Source: a virus (lineage: Duplodnaviria; Heunggongvirae; Uroviricota; Caudoviricetes). Taken from it: 35,421 nt of DNA. The position numbers and the translations under genes were made by a program. The stretch covers positions 1 through 35,421 of IMG/VR virus record IMGVR_UViG_2751185971_000005; one strand, 5' to 3'. Position 1 is the stretch's first letter. Every line of letters starts with the position of its first letter. The notes under the pieces are model-generated. The model was not told the origin of the DNA, did no database searches, and saw nothing but the letters and a program-made list of their open reading frames with translations. Positions 7,042-18,373 of the stretch are shown in pieces.

Positions 7042-9045
7042 TTAACGAACCAGATGCAGGAAGTGCAGGTGTTTTTCGTACTGGTCCAGTATGTCATTAA
7101 TCAGCTGTTCCTGATTCCAGCCCATTACATCATAATTTTGGCCGCCCTCTTTGAGATAGACTTCAGCGCGATAATATCGATGTTGTTCACTCTGCTGCTC
7201 ATCATTATCCAGCGCAGCGAGCGCGAAGGTCGGTGAGTTATACCCGCGAAGCCTCACTTCATATATATAATTCAGCTCGTTGCCCAAATCGACTTCAAGG
7301 CGAATACGATCCTCGGCGGCGTCACTGATGTGGCTTATCGTTCCCTGCTTGTTAAGTTCCTCCTGAACCAGCGTCATGGCGGGTTGGATAATGTCGTCCA
7401 TAAAACGTTTCACAAGAGAGCGCTTCGGCAAATACGCGATATTGCGTAACCTTCTCTGCCAGGGAATTGGGTTACGTGCAGCCGTAGGAGCAATAGTCGC
7501 CATGCTAAGGCTTTCACGCTTGGTCAAATCCCGACGCAGGGCTTTTAACAGTCCGTATATGGATATTAATAAGATAACTGAGAAGGGCAATGCACTCGCT
7601 ATCGTTACGGTTTGCAACGCACTCAGCCCCCCTGCGATCAGCAGGGCAATAGCAACAACGCCCATGAGCAATGCCCAGAAAATTCGCTGCCAGACGGGCG
7701 TGTTTGCCACCCCACCTGATGCCAGAGTATCCACAACCATTGCCCCCGAATCAGCAGACGTTACAAAGAAGACGATGACCATCGCCATTGCAATGAATGA
7801 CAGCACGGAAGAGAACGGGAAATGCTCCAGGAAATTAAACAGGGCAAGCGCAACATCCTGCTGAACGGTATTGGCGAGGTCAGTGGCGCCCTGGTTCATG
7901 ATGAGATAGATGGCGCTGTTTCCAAACACCGTCATCCACATGAGCGTAAAGCCGGCGGGAACAAACAACACGCCAGTCACGAACTCACGAATTGTCCTGC
8001 CGCGGGAAACGCGTGCAATGAACATACCTACAAACGGCGACCATGAAAGCCACCATCCCCAGTATAATAATGTCCAGCCCCCCAGCCAGTTGCTCGACTT
8101 GGGTTCATACGCGTAAAGGTTGAACGTTTTACTCACCAGTTCCGACAGATAACCACCCGTATTTTCCACAAATGACTTCAGCAGAAGCACAGTGGGACCC
8201 AGGCACAAGACCAGCGCCAGGAGCAACACCGCCAGGCCCAGATTAAGCTCAGACAGGATGCGTATTCCCTTGTCCAGGCCGGACACCACCGAAATCGTCG
8301 CTAACCCCGTGATGACCACGATCAAAATGACCTGTACCGTTTCATTGATGGGCACGCCGAAAAGATGGTTCAAACCGGCATTCACCTGCAATACACCGTA
8401 ACCCAGCGATGTTGCAACGCCAAAGACAGTGCCTATCACGGCGAAGATATCAACCGCGTGGCCTATAGGCCCGTAAATGCGATCGCCGATAATGGGATAG
8501 AGCGCAGAACGCAGCGTTAAAGGCAGACCGTGACGGTAACTGAAAAAGGCCAGAATCAGCGCCACGATGGCATAAATTGCCCATGCGTGCAGACCCCAGT
8601 GGAAGAACGTCAGGCGCATGGCTTCCTTCGCTGCCGCAACGGTCTCTGGAGTGCCGACAGGTGGCGAAAGATAATGCATCACAGGTTCGGCAACGCCAAA
8701 GAACATCAGGCCGATCCCCATCCCTGCCGAAAAAAGCATCGCGAACCAGGAGTGGTAGCTGAAATCAGGCTGCGCATGGTCTGGGCCCAGCTTTATATCA
8801 CCGTAACGTGAGAGTCCAAGGAACGTGACGCTCAGTAAAATCAGGGCCACAGCAAGTATGTAGAACCAGCTGGCATTCGTGAAGATTTGTTGCTGAAGTA
8901 GTTTAAAATTTTTGTCGGCGACATCCGGGAATACGGCGGCAAAGGCGACAAGAAGGAAAATTAGCAAAGCAGATGTAAAGAATACCGCTTTGTTAACCTG
9001 GCTTGTAGACTTCTTTGGGGTTGTATCATTTTCACTCATAATCAT
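7042..9045 (-). CDS. BCCT-family transporter (BetT-like choline/betaine/carnitine transporter) with long C-terminal cytoplasmic tail
   Basis: 667 aa with conserved BCCT signature segments (WTLLYWGWWLSWSPFVGMFIARVSRGRTIREF) and a BetT-like C-terminal extension. Confidence 0.9.
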   Translation of the reverse strand: MIMSENDTTPKKSTSQVNKAVFFTSALLIFLLVAFAAVFPDVADKNFKLLQQQIFTNASWFYILAVALILLSVTFLGLSRYGDIKLGPDHAQPDFSYHSWFAMLFSAGMGIGLMFFGVAEPVMHYLSPPVGTPETVAAAKEAMRLTFFHWGLHAWAIYAIVALILAFFSYRHGLPLTLRSALYPIIGDRIYGPIGHAVDIFAVIGTVFGVATSLGYGVLQVNAGLNHLFGVPINETVQVILIVVITGLATISVVSGLDKGIRILSELNLGLAVLLLALVLCLGPTVLLLKSFVENTGGYLSELVSKTFNLYAYEPKSSNWLGGWTLLYWGWWLSWSPFVGMFIARVSRGRTIREFVTGVLFVPAGFTLMWMTVFGNSAIYLIMNQGATDLANTVQQDVALALFNFLEHFPFSSVLSFIAMAMVIVFFVTSADSGAMVVDTLASGGVANTPVWQRIFWALLMGVVAIALLIAGGLSALQTVTIASALPFSVILLISIYGLLKALRRDLTKRESLSMATIAPTAARNPIPWQRRLRNIAYLPKRSLVKRFMDDIIQPAMTLVQEELNKQGTISHISDAAEDRIRLEVDLGNELNYIYEVRLRGYNSPTFALAALDNDEQQSEQHRYYRAEVYLKEGGQNYDVMGWNQEQLINDILDQYEKHLHFLHLVR

Positions 9046-9445
9046 TTATTCCATTAATTAAATCCGCACTGGATAGAAGGTACTACCTCTCACAGAGTAG
9101 CAAAGTTCAACTGGCTATGCGGGATTAATCGGAATGCATGGTGGAATGAGTGCCGATACAAATCATCCTATATTCTAAGGAGTTTTAAGTTACTCAGCCT
9201 GCCAATTACTGGGGCATTTAATTTGTATGATCTGTATCAAAGCTGGGATATAAGTTAAGTGAAGTATATTAGGCACGAATTACCAGCGTCTGCTCTTGGC
9301 ACATAGCAGACCAGAGACACTGGCGTAAAGCCATGGAGGATCGGTGGGAGGAGGTAAAAATCCTCTCATGCAAAAAATACGCAAAATCGATAACAGTTGG
9401 AAATCATTCAATACTCGCACTATCGGAAGTTCACCAGCCAGTCGT

Positions 9446-9480
9446 AGCACGTTCTTGCATACGACGTGGCTACGGGTTTC
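9446..9480. repeat. Hairpin-forming repeat copy A (AGCACG-TTCTTGCATACGACGTG-GCTACGG-GTTTC)
   Basis: About 35-bp imperfect direct repeat of 10467-10502; internal palindrome CGTAGCACG / CGTGGCTACG; about 190 bp upstream of the GIY-YIG start. Confidence 0.6.
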
Positions 9481-9570
9481 GAGACCGACCCGATCATCAA
9501 ACGAAACATAAAATTAGCTCACATTATGAGGAAATGTATCTTTTTGCGCTATGTAAATTCAAAGGGTTAG

Positions 9571-10440
<870 letters not shown>

Positions 10441-10466
10441 GTCTTTAAGTGATAAGCATAAACCGC

Positions 10467-10502
10467 AGCACGATCTTCTTGCATACGACGTGCTACGGTT
10501 TC
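10467..10502. repeat. Hairpin-forming repeat copy B (AGCACG-ATC-TTCTTGCATACGACGTG-CTACGG-TTTC); possible bidirectional terminator
   Basis: Direct repeat of 9446-9480; lies in the 60-bp gap between the convergent GIY-YIG and invertase genes and overlaps the invertase stop codon. Confidence 0.6.
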
Positions 10503-11055
10503 ATTTATCTCCGACCGGAAACTTCTTATACAGTGTCGATATACCAACATCATAGATGATCGCCACCTTCTGGCGAGGAACGCCTGATGCAATTAATCGC
10601 CCGGCCTGCGCCCATTGTTCTGGTGTAAGTTTGGGACGACGTCCACCAATTCGTCCCTGTGCGCGAGCAACTTCCAGTCCAGCTTTTGTTCGTTCAACAA
10701 TCAGTTCTCGTTCCATTTCAGCCAGGGCACCCATGACATGAAAAAAGAAACGGCCCATTGGGGTACTGGTATCAATACTGTCAGTCAGGCTTCGGAAATT
10801 CACGCCACGCTGGCGCAACTCTTCTATCAGCGTAACAAGATGCCGCATACTGCGCCCTAACCTGTCCAGCTTCCAGACAACCAGAGTGTCACCTGCCGAT
10901 AATGTCCTGAGCAGTTTTTTCAGTCCGGGCCTTTCGGACTTCGTACCGCTTATCTTGTCTTCAAAAATCAGTTCACATCCTACACAGTTCAACGCATTAC
11001 GTTGTAGATCGGTGTTCTGGTCATTTGTTGATACGCGTACATAGCCAATAAGCAT
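10501..11055 (-). CDS. Serine recombinase, DNA invertase (Gin/Hin/Pin/Cin family)
   Basis: N-terminus MLIGYVRVSTNDQNTDLQRNAL with the catalytic Ser, then resolvase core and C-terminal HTH; start at the ATG at 11055 with AGGGAG Shine-Dalgarno; adjacent to an invertible tail-fibre segment. Confidence 0.92.
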   Translation of the reverse strand: MLIGYVRVSTNDQNTDLQRNALNCVGCELIFEDKISGTKSERPGLKKLLRTLSAGDTLVVWKLDRLGRSMRHLVTLIEELRQRGVNFRSLTDSIDTSTPMGRFFFHVMGALAEMERELIVERTKAGLEVARAQGRIGGRRPKLTPEQWAQAGRLIASGVPRQKVAIIYDVGISTLYKKFPVGDK

Positions 11056-11081
11056 GGTGGATCTCCCTGACAAAAGCAGGA

Positions 11082-11576
11082 ATGATGCCATTTGCTCGTT
11101 ATTTCTGCATTTTCATAAACGTTGGTTTGGGAGAAGCGGCAAAACGGAATGTGGGCAACGGGGAAAACCAAATCCCTGATATGTCTTTCTGGACGGTTAC
11201 TGGTGGCAATGGAAATTTTGTGATTCGTCAACCTGACGGGCTAATCATTCAGATGGTTACTGTAAGTATAAGCGGTCCAGTGGCGATGAATGGAATGACT
11301 GATAATGCTTATGCCATTACAGGTTCTAATAAGTCTTATATTGCCACAGCCACATTGCCCTTTGTATTTCCTAATAAGGTGCTGGGCGTTATCCCTCTGG
11401 TATCAACAACAGCTTATGGTGGTGTATCCAGTAATATTACAGGTTCATACGCGACGGCGGTTTGTTCTTTTGCCGCTGTCAGGGGGAATAATACGATTGT
11501 GTTCAAAGTCGACAAACCACTGAATGCAGCCTTTCCTTCAGATACCAGCGTCTCAGCGTTAATCATTGGACGGTAA
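11082..11576 (+). CDS. Alternative tail-fibre C-terminal variable segment (Sv'-like), expressed only after inversion
   Basis: The reading frame runs through crossover site 1 and encodes NVGLGE there, matching NLGLGE at site 2 inside the expressed fibre gene; the ATG at 11082 is probably not a real start. Confidence 0.6.
   Translation: MMPFARYFCIFINVGLGEAAKRNVGNGENQIPDMSFWTVTGGNGNFVIRQPDGLIIQMVTVSISGPVAMNGMTDNAYAITGSNKSYIATATLPFVFPNKVLGVIPLVSTTAYGGVSSNITGSYATAVCSFAAVRGNNTIVFKVDKPLNAAFPSDTSVSALIIGR
11110..11135. promoter_or_regulatory. Invertase crossover site 1 (hix/gix-like 26-bp site TTTTCATAAACGTTGGTTTGGGAGAA)
   Basis: 26-bp imperfect palindrome 55 bp upstream of the invertase start; inverted repeat of the site at 13055-13080; close to the hixL consensus TTATCAAAAACCTTGGTTTTCAAGAA. 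Confidence 0.8.
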
Positions 11577-11578
11577 GA

Positions 11579-12022
11579 ATGAACTCAGTATTCTTTTCAC
11601 CCGGAAGTAAAAGTTTTTATCTGCAAGAATTGTTTCCAGAATATGAGGATGCGGGAACGCTTCCTGATGATGTTATTGAAATTACCAGAGAAACATATGA
11701 GCAATTTCTTGGGCTGCATCCAGAAGGGAAAGAAATTGGCGCTGACAGTTCAGGACGGCCAATATGGATTAATTCCCCGCCGCCTTCAAAAGAGGATGAG
11801 ATGCTGGCGGCTGAAATGAAAAAGATATCTTTGGTTTCAGAAGTCAATACCTACATCAATACCAATCAGTGGCCTGGCAAAGCTGCTATTGGTCGTCTGA
11901 AAGGTTACGAGCTGGAACAATATAATTTATGGCTGGATTATCTGGACGCACTGGAACTGGTTGATACCTCCAGTGCTCCAGATATTGAATGGCCTACGCC
12001 TCCGGTAGTTCAGGCCAGATGA
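11579..12022 (+). CDS. Tail fibre assembly protein (U'-like chaperone for the alternative fibre)
   Basis: 147 aa with the conserved Tfa C-terminal signature ([26 protein letters not shown]). Confidence 0.85.
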   Translation: MNSVFFSPGSKSFYLQELFPEYEDAGTLPDDVIEITRETYEQFLGLHPEGKEIGADSSGRPIWINSPPPSKEDEMLAAEMKKISLVSEVNTYINTNQWPGKAAIGRLKGYELEQYNLWLDYLDALELVDTSSAPDIEWPTPPVVQAR

Positions 12023-12599
12023 CATCCGGCGCGGTGCTGGTATCTGTTGCAGTCACCGCGTCAATGTAATCCAGCACAGCGTTAAGCCGGGTTGTTTCTG
12101 CCTGCGTCAGCTTCCGCCCGGCCTGCAATTTCAGCTGAATCAGACTAATGGAAGCCATAGCAGCATCAATCAGTGACTGGCGCCGTACTTCTGCCGCGTC
12201 TACTGCGGCGTTATGCTGTGCCTCAGTATCGGTCACCCATTTCTCACCATCCCATTTATCGTATGACGTTAACGGGGCGATAGTGGTTGTATTTTCAGGG
12301 TAATCACCCGGAACTGTGATTTCTTTTGATTCTCCTGTTTCGGTGCTATAGACGATTTCACCGCGATGGTCTGGCACATATTCCCATGAGTTAAAATCTG
12401 CAGAACGGCAAATTGCATAACCAGCTTTATATGAGCCAGGAGCATCTAAACAGGAACATGCCGGGATACCGACACCCACAGCAAGATATTCAGTTGATGT
12501 GGAAATATATTCCCGTGTTTCACCATCATAATTATAAACGGTAATGTCTCCGGCCTTTGTGGCGATGAGTTCATTATTTAATACAGCTTTACTTATCAT
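11994..12599 (-). CDS. Tail fibre assembly protein (U-like chaperone for the currently expressed fibre)
   Basis: 201 aa; C-terminal [28 protein letters not shown] Tfa signature; immediately downstream of the fibre gene. Confidence 0.85.
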   Translation of the reverse strand: MISKAVLNNELIATKAGDITVYNYDGETREYISTSTEYLAVGVGIPACSCLDAPGSYKAGYAICRSADFNSWEYVPDHRGEIVYSTETGESKEITVPGDYPENTTTIAPLTSYDKWDGEKWVTDTEAQHNAAVDAAEVRRQSLIDAAMASISLIQLKLQAGRKLTQAETTRLNAVLDYIDAVTATDTSTAPDVIWPELPEA

Positions 12600-13357
12600 G
12601 CAGCCCTCACAATATAATTAAAGGCGATGTTACGGGAGCGGGTTTCAGATGCTGTGCGAACTGAGCGAGATGCGTCGAATGTCCAGTTATAAGCGCCATA
12701 ACCCTCAATAATTTCGGCTTCCTTTAGACCTGTAGATAATACTTGCCCATGTTGACTAAATGGCCCTGAACTAAGTACGTCTCTAAAAAGCTGGGTACGC
12801 CCAAAAGAACCAACAATATTCTGAATTGCATCATTCTGTGCAGATAATAAGTTACGACCAGAGTCAATCCCGCGCCCATCATCCCAGCCACGAATAAATT
12901 CACCGCGTAAATCTGGTAATTTTAATGTTGGGTAAGCCTTTGCCAGATTTGGGTACTTTTCAGAAGAAAATACTGCTCCGTTACATTTTAGCCACCCCGT
13001 TGGCGGAGTGGCTGAAGGCCACGGAACAGGCACACCAACCGGTAATGCAGAGCCTTCTCCCAAACCAAGGTTTTCGAGAGCTGTTTTCACGGTGCCATCC
13101 GATTTGATATCGCCAAACGGATTCTTGCGGCTTAACAGCAGCGCACGAAGCGCGGTAAGCAGCTGGTCGTGCCTCCCCTTCTCCAGGCTGGCACCGGATG
13201 CCTCCACCACGCCACAAAGCTCTTCCTGCAACATGTCAAAGTAGTCATCATCCAGATCGGTGGCAGGCGTGCCGGTCTGGGGGTTACCACGGGTAAAACC
13301 GTTCTTACCCGCGCCGAACTTATCCTTCTGCGCGGTTTTCGTGTCTATACGATGCAT
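12596..13357 (-). CDS. Tail fibre protein (short constant N-terminal part plus variable C-terminal part in current orientation)
   Basis: 253 aa; crossover site 2 lies inside the gene at the ENLGLGE junction; followed by the Tfa gene; Mu S / e14 Stf-like. Confidence 0.85.
   Translation of the reverse strand: MHRIDTKTAQKDKFGAGKNGFTRGNPQTGTPATDLDDDYFDMLQEELCGVVEASGASLEKGRHDQLLTALRALLLSRKNPFGDIKSDGTVKTALENLGLGEGSALPVGVPVPWPSATPPTGWLKCNGAVFSSEKYPNLAKAYPTLKLPDLRGEFIRGWDDGRGIDSGRNLLSAQNDAIQNIVGSFGRTQLFRDVLSSGPFSQHGQVLSTGLKEAEIIEGYGAYNWTFDASRSVRTASETRSRNIAFNYIVRAA
13055..13080. promoter_or_regulatory. Invertase crossover site 2 (hix-like TTCTCCCAAACCAAGGTTTTCGAGAG)
   Basis: Central 13 bp AAACCAAGGTTTT identical to the hixL centre; inverted relative to site 1. 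Confidence 0.8.
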
Positions 13358-13360
13358 GGA

Positions 13361-13945
13361 TTACTCCGGATATTTAAAAATTACGTAGGTATGCGACGGG
13401 CAGAGTTTGTTAAGCACACATTCGACAACGGTGTCCCCCCAGATACGCAGTGCGGAATCGCAGGGGTCGCCACATGTCATCCAGGTGGTGTTGGTGGCGG
13501 CTGGCATGTTGACCTGCCAGTAATACCGCCATTCCGGCGCATTCACCGCGTCAGTACAGACCGATGAGCAGGTGAACGTGCTTTTGTCGTATCGCGTGAT
13601 GGTGGCGTCTGGTCTGCCCAGGGCAGCAAGCTGTGCAAGGTAAAAATCCTCATTGATGCCGCCCGCCAGGTTAACCTTCGCATCCAGTCGTTGCTGACGC
13701 TGGCGAAGGGTCTGTGTCCCTGCGGGAATACATTCATCCGGCAGGCCGCACAGACGCTCCCAGCGATTTATCAGTTCGGTGGTGGTGCGCGGATCCAGCT
13801 CCCGCATCAGGGCATCCGCACGCTGATGAACGCGAGTTAATGACGGTGCCGCACCGGCAATCGCCGGATCGCTGGCTGACCACGCCGGACCGGGGGGCAA
13901 CAGTGCCGACAACAGATGGATGTAATCATCGTTTGTCACGTCCAT
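13361..13945 (-). CDS. Mu gp48-like tail/baseplate protein (YmfQ/DUF2313-like)
   Basis: 194 aa; position between baseplate J and the tail fibre matches the Mu and e14 gene order. Confidence 0.75.
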   Translation of the reverse strand: MDVTNDDYIHLLSALLPPGPAWSASDPAIAGAAPSLTRVHQRADALMRELDPRTTTELINRWERLCGLPDECIPAGTQTLRQRQQRLDAKVNLAGGINEDFYLAQLAALGRPDATITRYDKSTFTCSSVCTDAVNAPEWRYYWQVNMPAATNTTWMTCGDPCDSALRIWGDTVVECVLNKLCPSHTYVIFKYPE

Positions 13946-14994
13946 GAAATCGTCCCCAGTACCGCCAGTTCATTTTTTGCAATGGAGATATTGTCCGCCG
14001 GTGCAAGCAACTGATGGCTGTATTCCCCGTTCGCACCGGAAATCGCCTCACTGATACGCGACACCTTCAGTTCTCCCTGCGGATAACCATCACGCAGCAG
14101 GAACGAACGCAACTCCGCGGTGATGGCAGTCCGTATTTCCGGTGTGTCCGGCGTCACGCGGATATGAAAATCCACTTTATGCGCCACCGGCCTGAATACA
14201 TACAAATCAGAGCCTGCCACCGGGGCCAGTGGCTCAATGTGTTGTCTTGCCGCCGTTTCCGTTGATTCTTCCGGAATGGGATTAATCAGGTCACTGCTGG
14301 CAATCATCACACCGACAGTCCCCGTTCCCATCCAGTGGCGGTATGTCCATGCACGGGTAATGCCTGGCACTTCTTTAGCCCAGACAACATAGTCCCCGTC
14401 AGCCCCGCCCTGAGGCGTCCAGTAATACCGCTCAATGACGCGGGCGCGCCACGTTTCCAGCTCTTCAGTATCAAATCCACCTGTCAGAGTGTCTGCCACG
14501 CCGGAAGACGGCAGACCATTCACCGGCGTGACCAGGATTAATGACGTACCGTCGTCAGCGTTACCGACCGCGCCTGCACTTGAGCAGGCGATCGGCACGC
14601 GCAGGACACCACCGGAGCTGGTTGCATCGGCAGTTGCCGTGTACTGAACCAGGTCATCGCGCTGAATAACACTCCCGGCGGTCACCTTCAGGCCATCGCT
14701 GACACCTTCCCAGCGCATATACCCGCTGGCAGCCGTGGCCCCCTTGCGCGGACACCGTTTCATCGCAGCATGTCGCGCCAGCCAGGACTCATCGCACAGG
14801 TCAGGCAGCATGTTCATTGCCAGATAATCGATGTAACCGTAAACCGTATGCAGCGCCGCCGCATACACCTTTGCCCGCACGTCTTCATCCATGCGCCGGA
14901 GCGTGTCGCTGACGTCCAGCCTGGCGAATAAATCGTTACGGAGCATACTGATATTTTCTGCCAGCGTCGGGCGCTGAAATTCACTGTCCGCCAT
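13936..14994 (-). CDS. Baseplate J-like protein (Mu gp47-like)
   Basis: 352 aa; size and position in the baseplate block (gp46 - J - gp48 - fibre). Confidence 0.8.
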   Translation of the reverse strand: MADSEFQRPTLAENISMLRNDLFARLDVSDTLRRMDEDVRAKVYAAALHTVYGYIDYLAMNMLPDLCDESWLARHAAMKRCPRKGATAASGYMRWEGVSDGLKVTAGSVIQRDDLVQYTATADATSSGGVLRVPIACSSAGAVGNADDGTSLILVTPVNGLPSSGVADTLTGGFDTEELETWRARVIERYYWTPQGGADGDYVVWAKEVPGITRAWTYRHWMGTGTVGVMIASSDLINPIPEESTETAARQHIEPLAPVAGSDLYVFRPVAHKVDFHIRVTPDTPEIRTAITAELRSFLLRDGYPQGELKVSRISEAISGANGEYSHQLLAPADNISIAKNELAVLGTISWT

Positions 14995-15409
14995 GCGTTA
15001 TCGCACTCCACAGATCATCAAAAGAAATCATTACCGGTCCGTCACGACGCCAGAGAGTGATACTGTTACCCAGTTCATTAATCCCGGTGCGGCGGATATC
15101 CAGATCAATACGGGACACCACACCGTCATCAATCATCCATTGCAGGCATTCGCGGATATACCCCCTTACCGTCTGCACCAGCTGATTGGTCAGTTTGCCG
15201 CGCTGAAGCAGCCACAGCCGGGAGCCGTAACGGTCATTCTGTACCGCAGGCCAGGTATCCCCCCACCATCCCATCGGGACGTCGGCATTGTCATCAGGCT
15301 CCGCCCGCCGCCAGGTGAACAGGGAAATCACCACGGCGCGGGTCAGCGGATCCAGCGGTGCGCTGGCGCAGGTGCGTTTACCGTTCACCGTCAGCCACAG
15401 TTCCATCAT
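14981..15409 (-). CDS. Mu gp46-like baseplate protein
   Basis: 142 aa; conserved position between baseplate V and J. Confidence 0.75.
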   Translation of the reverse strand: MMELWLTVNGKRTCASAPLDPLTRAVVISLFTWRRAEPDDNADVPMGWWGDTWPAVQNDRYGSRLWLLQRGKLTNQLVQTVRGYIRECLQWMIDDGVVSRIDLDIRRTGINELGNSITLWRRDGPVMISFDDLWSAITHGGQ

Positions 15410-15954
15410 GCCTCCATCGCTTTATCCGGTTTGTCGGTGTTACTGCCCTGACCGTTCTCTCTGTGACGATGGCCGTTATAGGCAAGCCGCATCGCTGACA
15501 TGGTGGTGCCGCCGGAGTCGCACAGGTCTTTCACCTGTCCGGTCACTTCCAGGTCCATTTCAAAACGTGCTCTGGGCGCATTGCGAAACGTGATCGTTTT
15601 ACCTGCACCGTCCACCACGATCCCCTCCCGGGTCAGCGTCACAGACTGCCCCTGATCGTCATAGACAGCCACCTCCCCCGTCTGCAGCCCTTTCATGCGG
15701 TAGCGCCGGTCCGACACCGTAACAACCACCGCATGAGAACGGTCGCCATCCGGAAACAACACCACCGCTTCCGCACCGCTGTTTGCCCTTGCGGTAAAAC
15801 CGTAGGGTTCAAGATGTTCAACCCCGGCTTTGGGTTCACCGGCAATCAGGGACACATCCACGGTCTGACATTTCGTGGCGGCACTGATGCTTTTCACCAC
15901 TGCCCGCCCAATCAGGCCGAGAAGTTGTCGCTGCATGGCTTCAATCGTCCTCAT
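15406..15954 (-). CDS. Baseplate assembly protein V / spike (Mu gp45-like)
   Basis: 182 aa; synteny with the Mu baseplate block. Confidence 0.75.
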   Translation of the reverse strand: MRTIEAMQRQLLGLIGRAVVKSISAATKCQTVDVSLIAGEPKAGVEHLEPYGFTARANSGAEAVVLFPDGDRSHAVVVTVSDRRYRMKGLQTGEVAVYDDQGQSVTLTREGIVVDGAGKTITFRNAPRARFEMDLEVTGQVKDLCDSGGTTMSAMRLAYNGHRHRENGQGSNTDKPDKAMEA

Positions 15955-17033
15955 CAGAACGGGTCCTCCTGTACTCTGGCTTTTTTCTTTTTCCGCGCGC
16001 CGGGGTCTTCAGGTTCAGGCAGATAAGCATCAGGCGGGCCGACACGGATTTCCGTCAGGGTGCCGTTCTGGTCCTGAGTAAACGTGACTTCCGAAACAAG
16101 CAGTTCGGTATTGTCAAAACCACAGACCGGATCAAAGACAATCACCCGCTGGTTGGGTTGCCACAGCGTACCGTTACCCTGTCGCCAGCCCTGCACCACA
16201 TAGGTGGTTTCATCCGTCCGCGCCGCCCGTTGCCGGGCTTCAAAGTCAGCACGCGCAATACAGCCTGCCCCCGTAGCCTGCCCTGTCTGCCTGATATACA
16301 TCGGACGGTAACGGGCAATAAATGCGTCCTCTGTGCGGGCCCGCAGCGCGGTGGTGGTGGCCTCACCGAAATCATCGTCGTTTCCGGCACGCTGCCCCGC
16401 CACCTGGTAAACAGAAAACCGCTCCCGGATACTCTTCTCCGTATCGCAGGAAAGGATGTTTTCCCCAAGTACCAGCGCGGTATGTGCCCGCGTTGAGCCA
16501 ATACTACCAATCACCAGCCTGCCGTGCGGGTCGTCGTAAGCCAGCGCCTGCTGCTGACCGAGTATTTTGTTGATCACCTCAATCACCGTTTCACCGTGAT
16601 CAGGCTGGACATCAGGAATAACACCCGACGGCGCACCGCTGTTCACCACCTCAATGCCGAAAGGCGCAGCAAGCGCCTGCGCAATCTGTACCAGCGATCG
16701 TCCGTTAAACTGTGTCGGTTCGGCTGCACAGTCAATCAGGTCAGCGGTCAGACTACGTCCGGCAATACCGGTGCTGACCGAACGGGCATCGTAACGAACG
16801 GGCGTCGCCTCCACCCAGCCGGTGATCACCAGCTCATCACCAATCAGCACCTCCACTTTTGAACCGTTTTTAATGCGCGACTGAAGCGTGGTAATACCCT
16901 CATCTCCCGGCCACTGGCGGGTGATCTCCACACTGAAATCCCGCGCCAGTCGTTCAACACCGGCACCGATGCGCACCGATGTCCAGCCATTCCACTCCCG
17001 GCCATTTACCCGTAGCGTGACGTTATCGTTCAT
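15954..17033 (-). CDS. Mu gp44 (P)-like baseplate hub protein
   Basis: 359 aa; located between the DNA circularization (N-like) gene and baseplate V as in Mu. Confidence 0.75.
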   Translation of the reverse strand: MNDNVTLRVNGREWNGWTSVRIGAGVERLARDFSVEITRQWPGDEGITTLQSRIKNGSKVEVLIGDELVITGWVEATPVRYDARSVSTGIAGRSLTADLIDCAAEPTQFNGRSLVQIAQALAAPFGIEVVNSGAPSGVIPDVQPDHGETVIEVINKILGQQQALAYDDPHGRLVIGSIGSTRAHTALVLGENILSCDTEKSIRERFSVYQVAGQRAGNDDDFGEATTTALRARTEDAFIARYRPMYIRQTGQATGAGCIARADFEARQRAARTDETTYVVQGWRQGNGTLWQPNQRVIVFDPVCGFDNTELLVSEVTFTQDQNGTLTEIRVGPPDAYLPEPEDPGARKKKKARVQEDPF

Positions 17034-18358
17034 TACACTGGCACCTTCAGAGGGATCACCGGCACAAAGCCGGGATGCGTAATGGCATTACGCCGGATAA
17101 TGTCCGCGTCACACGCCGCGTTATCAAACCAGGTCGCCGCCAGCACCAGCGCGGGTAAAACCTCATCCGGCGTGCGCTGAATGATCCGTGCAGACTGTTC
17201 AAGGCGCGTGTTGATATCCGCATTCAGATCTGCTTTCACCCGGCGCAGCGCCAGAAACAGCGCATCACTGGTTGTTCGGGACAACTCCTTATCAATTGCC
17301 GTATTCAGTGTGTCGCGAATGTCAGTCAGTTCTTCCCACGTCGGCAGGTCAACCGTGCTTTTCACCGCCGGTGCATTGTTCAGTGCCGGATGCGTGACGG
17401 AAGGCCAGCCAGTGCTCTGCGCGGGTGTTGTTGCCTGCCCCACTGCGGCATTCTGCATCACCGCGGAAGTTGTTGGCGCAGGCAATCGGGTGACGGCATA
17501 CGCCGCTTCGCTGATTGCGGTCGTACGAAGGGTGCTGGCAACCACGTTACGCTGCTGCGTCGCCGTGGCGGTGGTTTTACTGTCCGTTTTCCAGACGCCG
17601 CGCGGTTGCAGATTGCTGCCGAGGCTGACACCGGAAAGCGTTTTGATCATGGTGACCAGGTCGCTGGCGTTACCATAAAGGCGTTTCCCGGTACGCCACA
17701 TTTTCTGCACCTGCTCAACGAAATTTTTGCCTGACGATGGCGGCGGCAGAAGTACCGAGATATCCCCCTGCAACAGCCTGGCGGCATCCGATACGGCAGA
17801 ATCCACCACTTTCATCGCATCAGAAACATACCCAAGCATTGTGCTGGCATTACCGACGACGTCGTTCTGCACAAAATCTGCCACGCCATCGATACTGAAA
17901 CCACTGAAGCTGTCACTGATGCAGTCATCCAGTGCAGAACAGGATGACATCAGCGTCTGCGCCGTCGCCGCACCTGAAGTGGGGTAAGAGAGTTCTCCCG
18001 CTTCGACAAACTTCAGGTCAAAGCGGACAATACGCCCTTCACTCTTCGATGTGCTGACCCGAACTTCCCCGTCAACACAGACTTTCAGCTCACCGTAAGT
18101 CGGATGGACAAGCGTGCCGGGACCGGGTTTATTCAGCGCGTCAATCAGGCGATCGCGCTGGTCAAAGCAGTCATCTCCCACCACATAAGCTGTGATGGAC
18201 GGGCGGAAAGTGATTTTCCCCAGGTCTTCGGTATAGGGTTTGTCGCGGTTCGGGTATTCGTGCGTTTCCACACGACGACCGGTTCCCGCACTTTCTTCTT
18301 CAACCTTAAACGGCACACCGCGAAATGACGCGTCCTGAAGTCTGTCTTTCCACGTCAT
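17033..18358 (-). CDS. DNA circularization protein N-like tail protein (Mu gp43-like)
   Basis: About 441 aa from the ATG at 18358 (GGAG Shine-Dalgarno); immediately downstream of the tape measure gene. Confidence 0.75.
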   Translation of the reverse strand: MTWKDRLQDASFRGVPFKVEEESAGTGRRVETHEYPNRDKPYTEDLGKITFRPSITAYVVGDDCFDQRDRLIDALNKPGPGTLVHPTYGELKVCVDGEVRVSTSKSEGRIVRFDLKFVEAGELSYPTSGAATAQTLMSSCSALDDCISDSFSGFSIDGVADFVQNDVVGNASTMLGYVSDAMKVVDSAVSDAARLLQGDISVLLPPPSSGKNFVEQVQKMWRTGKRLYGNASDLVTMIKTLSGVSLGSNLQPRGVWKTDSKTTATATQQRNVVASTLRTTAISEAAYAVTRLPAPTTSAVMQNAAVGQATTPAQSTGWPSVTHPALNNAPAVKSTVDLPTWEELTDIRDTLNTAIDKELSRTTSDALFLALRRVKADLNADINTRLEQSARIIQRTPDEVLPALVLAATWFDNAACDADIIRRNAITHPGFVPVIPLKVPV

Positions 18359-18373
18359 ATAAACTCCGTACAT

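Larger units (their letters stand above)
11110..13080. other. Invertible tail-fibre segment (G/C-segment-like, about 1.97 kb) bounded by inverted hix-like sites
   Basis: Inverted 26-bp sites at both ends; holds two alternative fibre C-terminal exons and two oppositely oriented tail-fibre assembly genes, next to a Gin-family invertase. Confidence 0.85.

Noticed and set aside
9144-9158. GAATGAGTGCCGATA, resembling part of the tRNA-Thr att core (GAATGGTGCCGATA)
   Set aside because: Only a 9-bp exact match plus a few flanking bases; too short and degenerate to call a second att site without comparative data.
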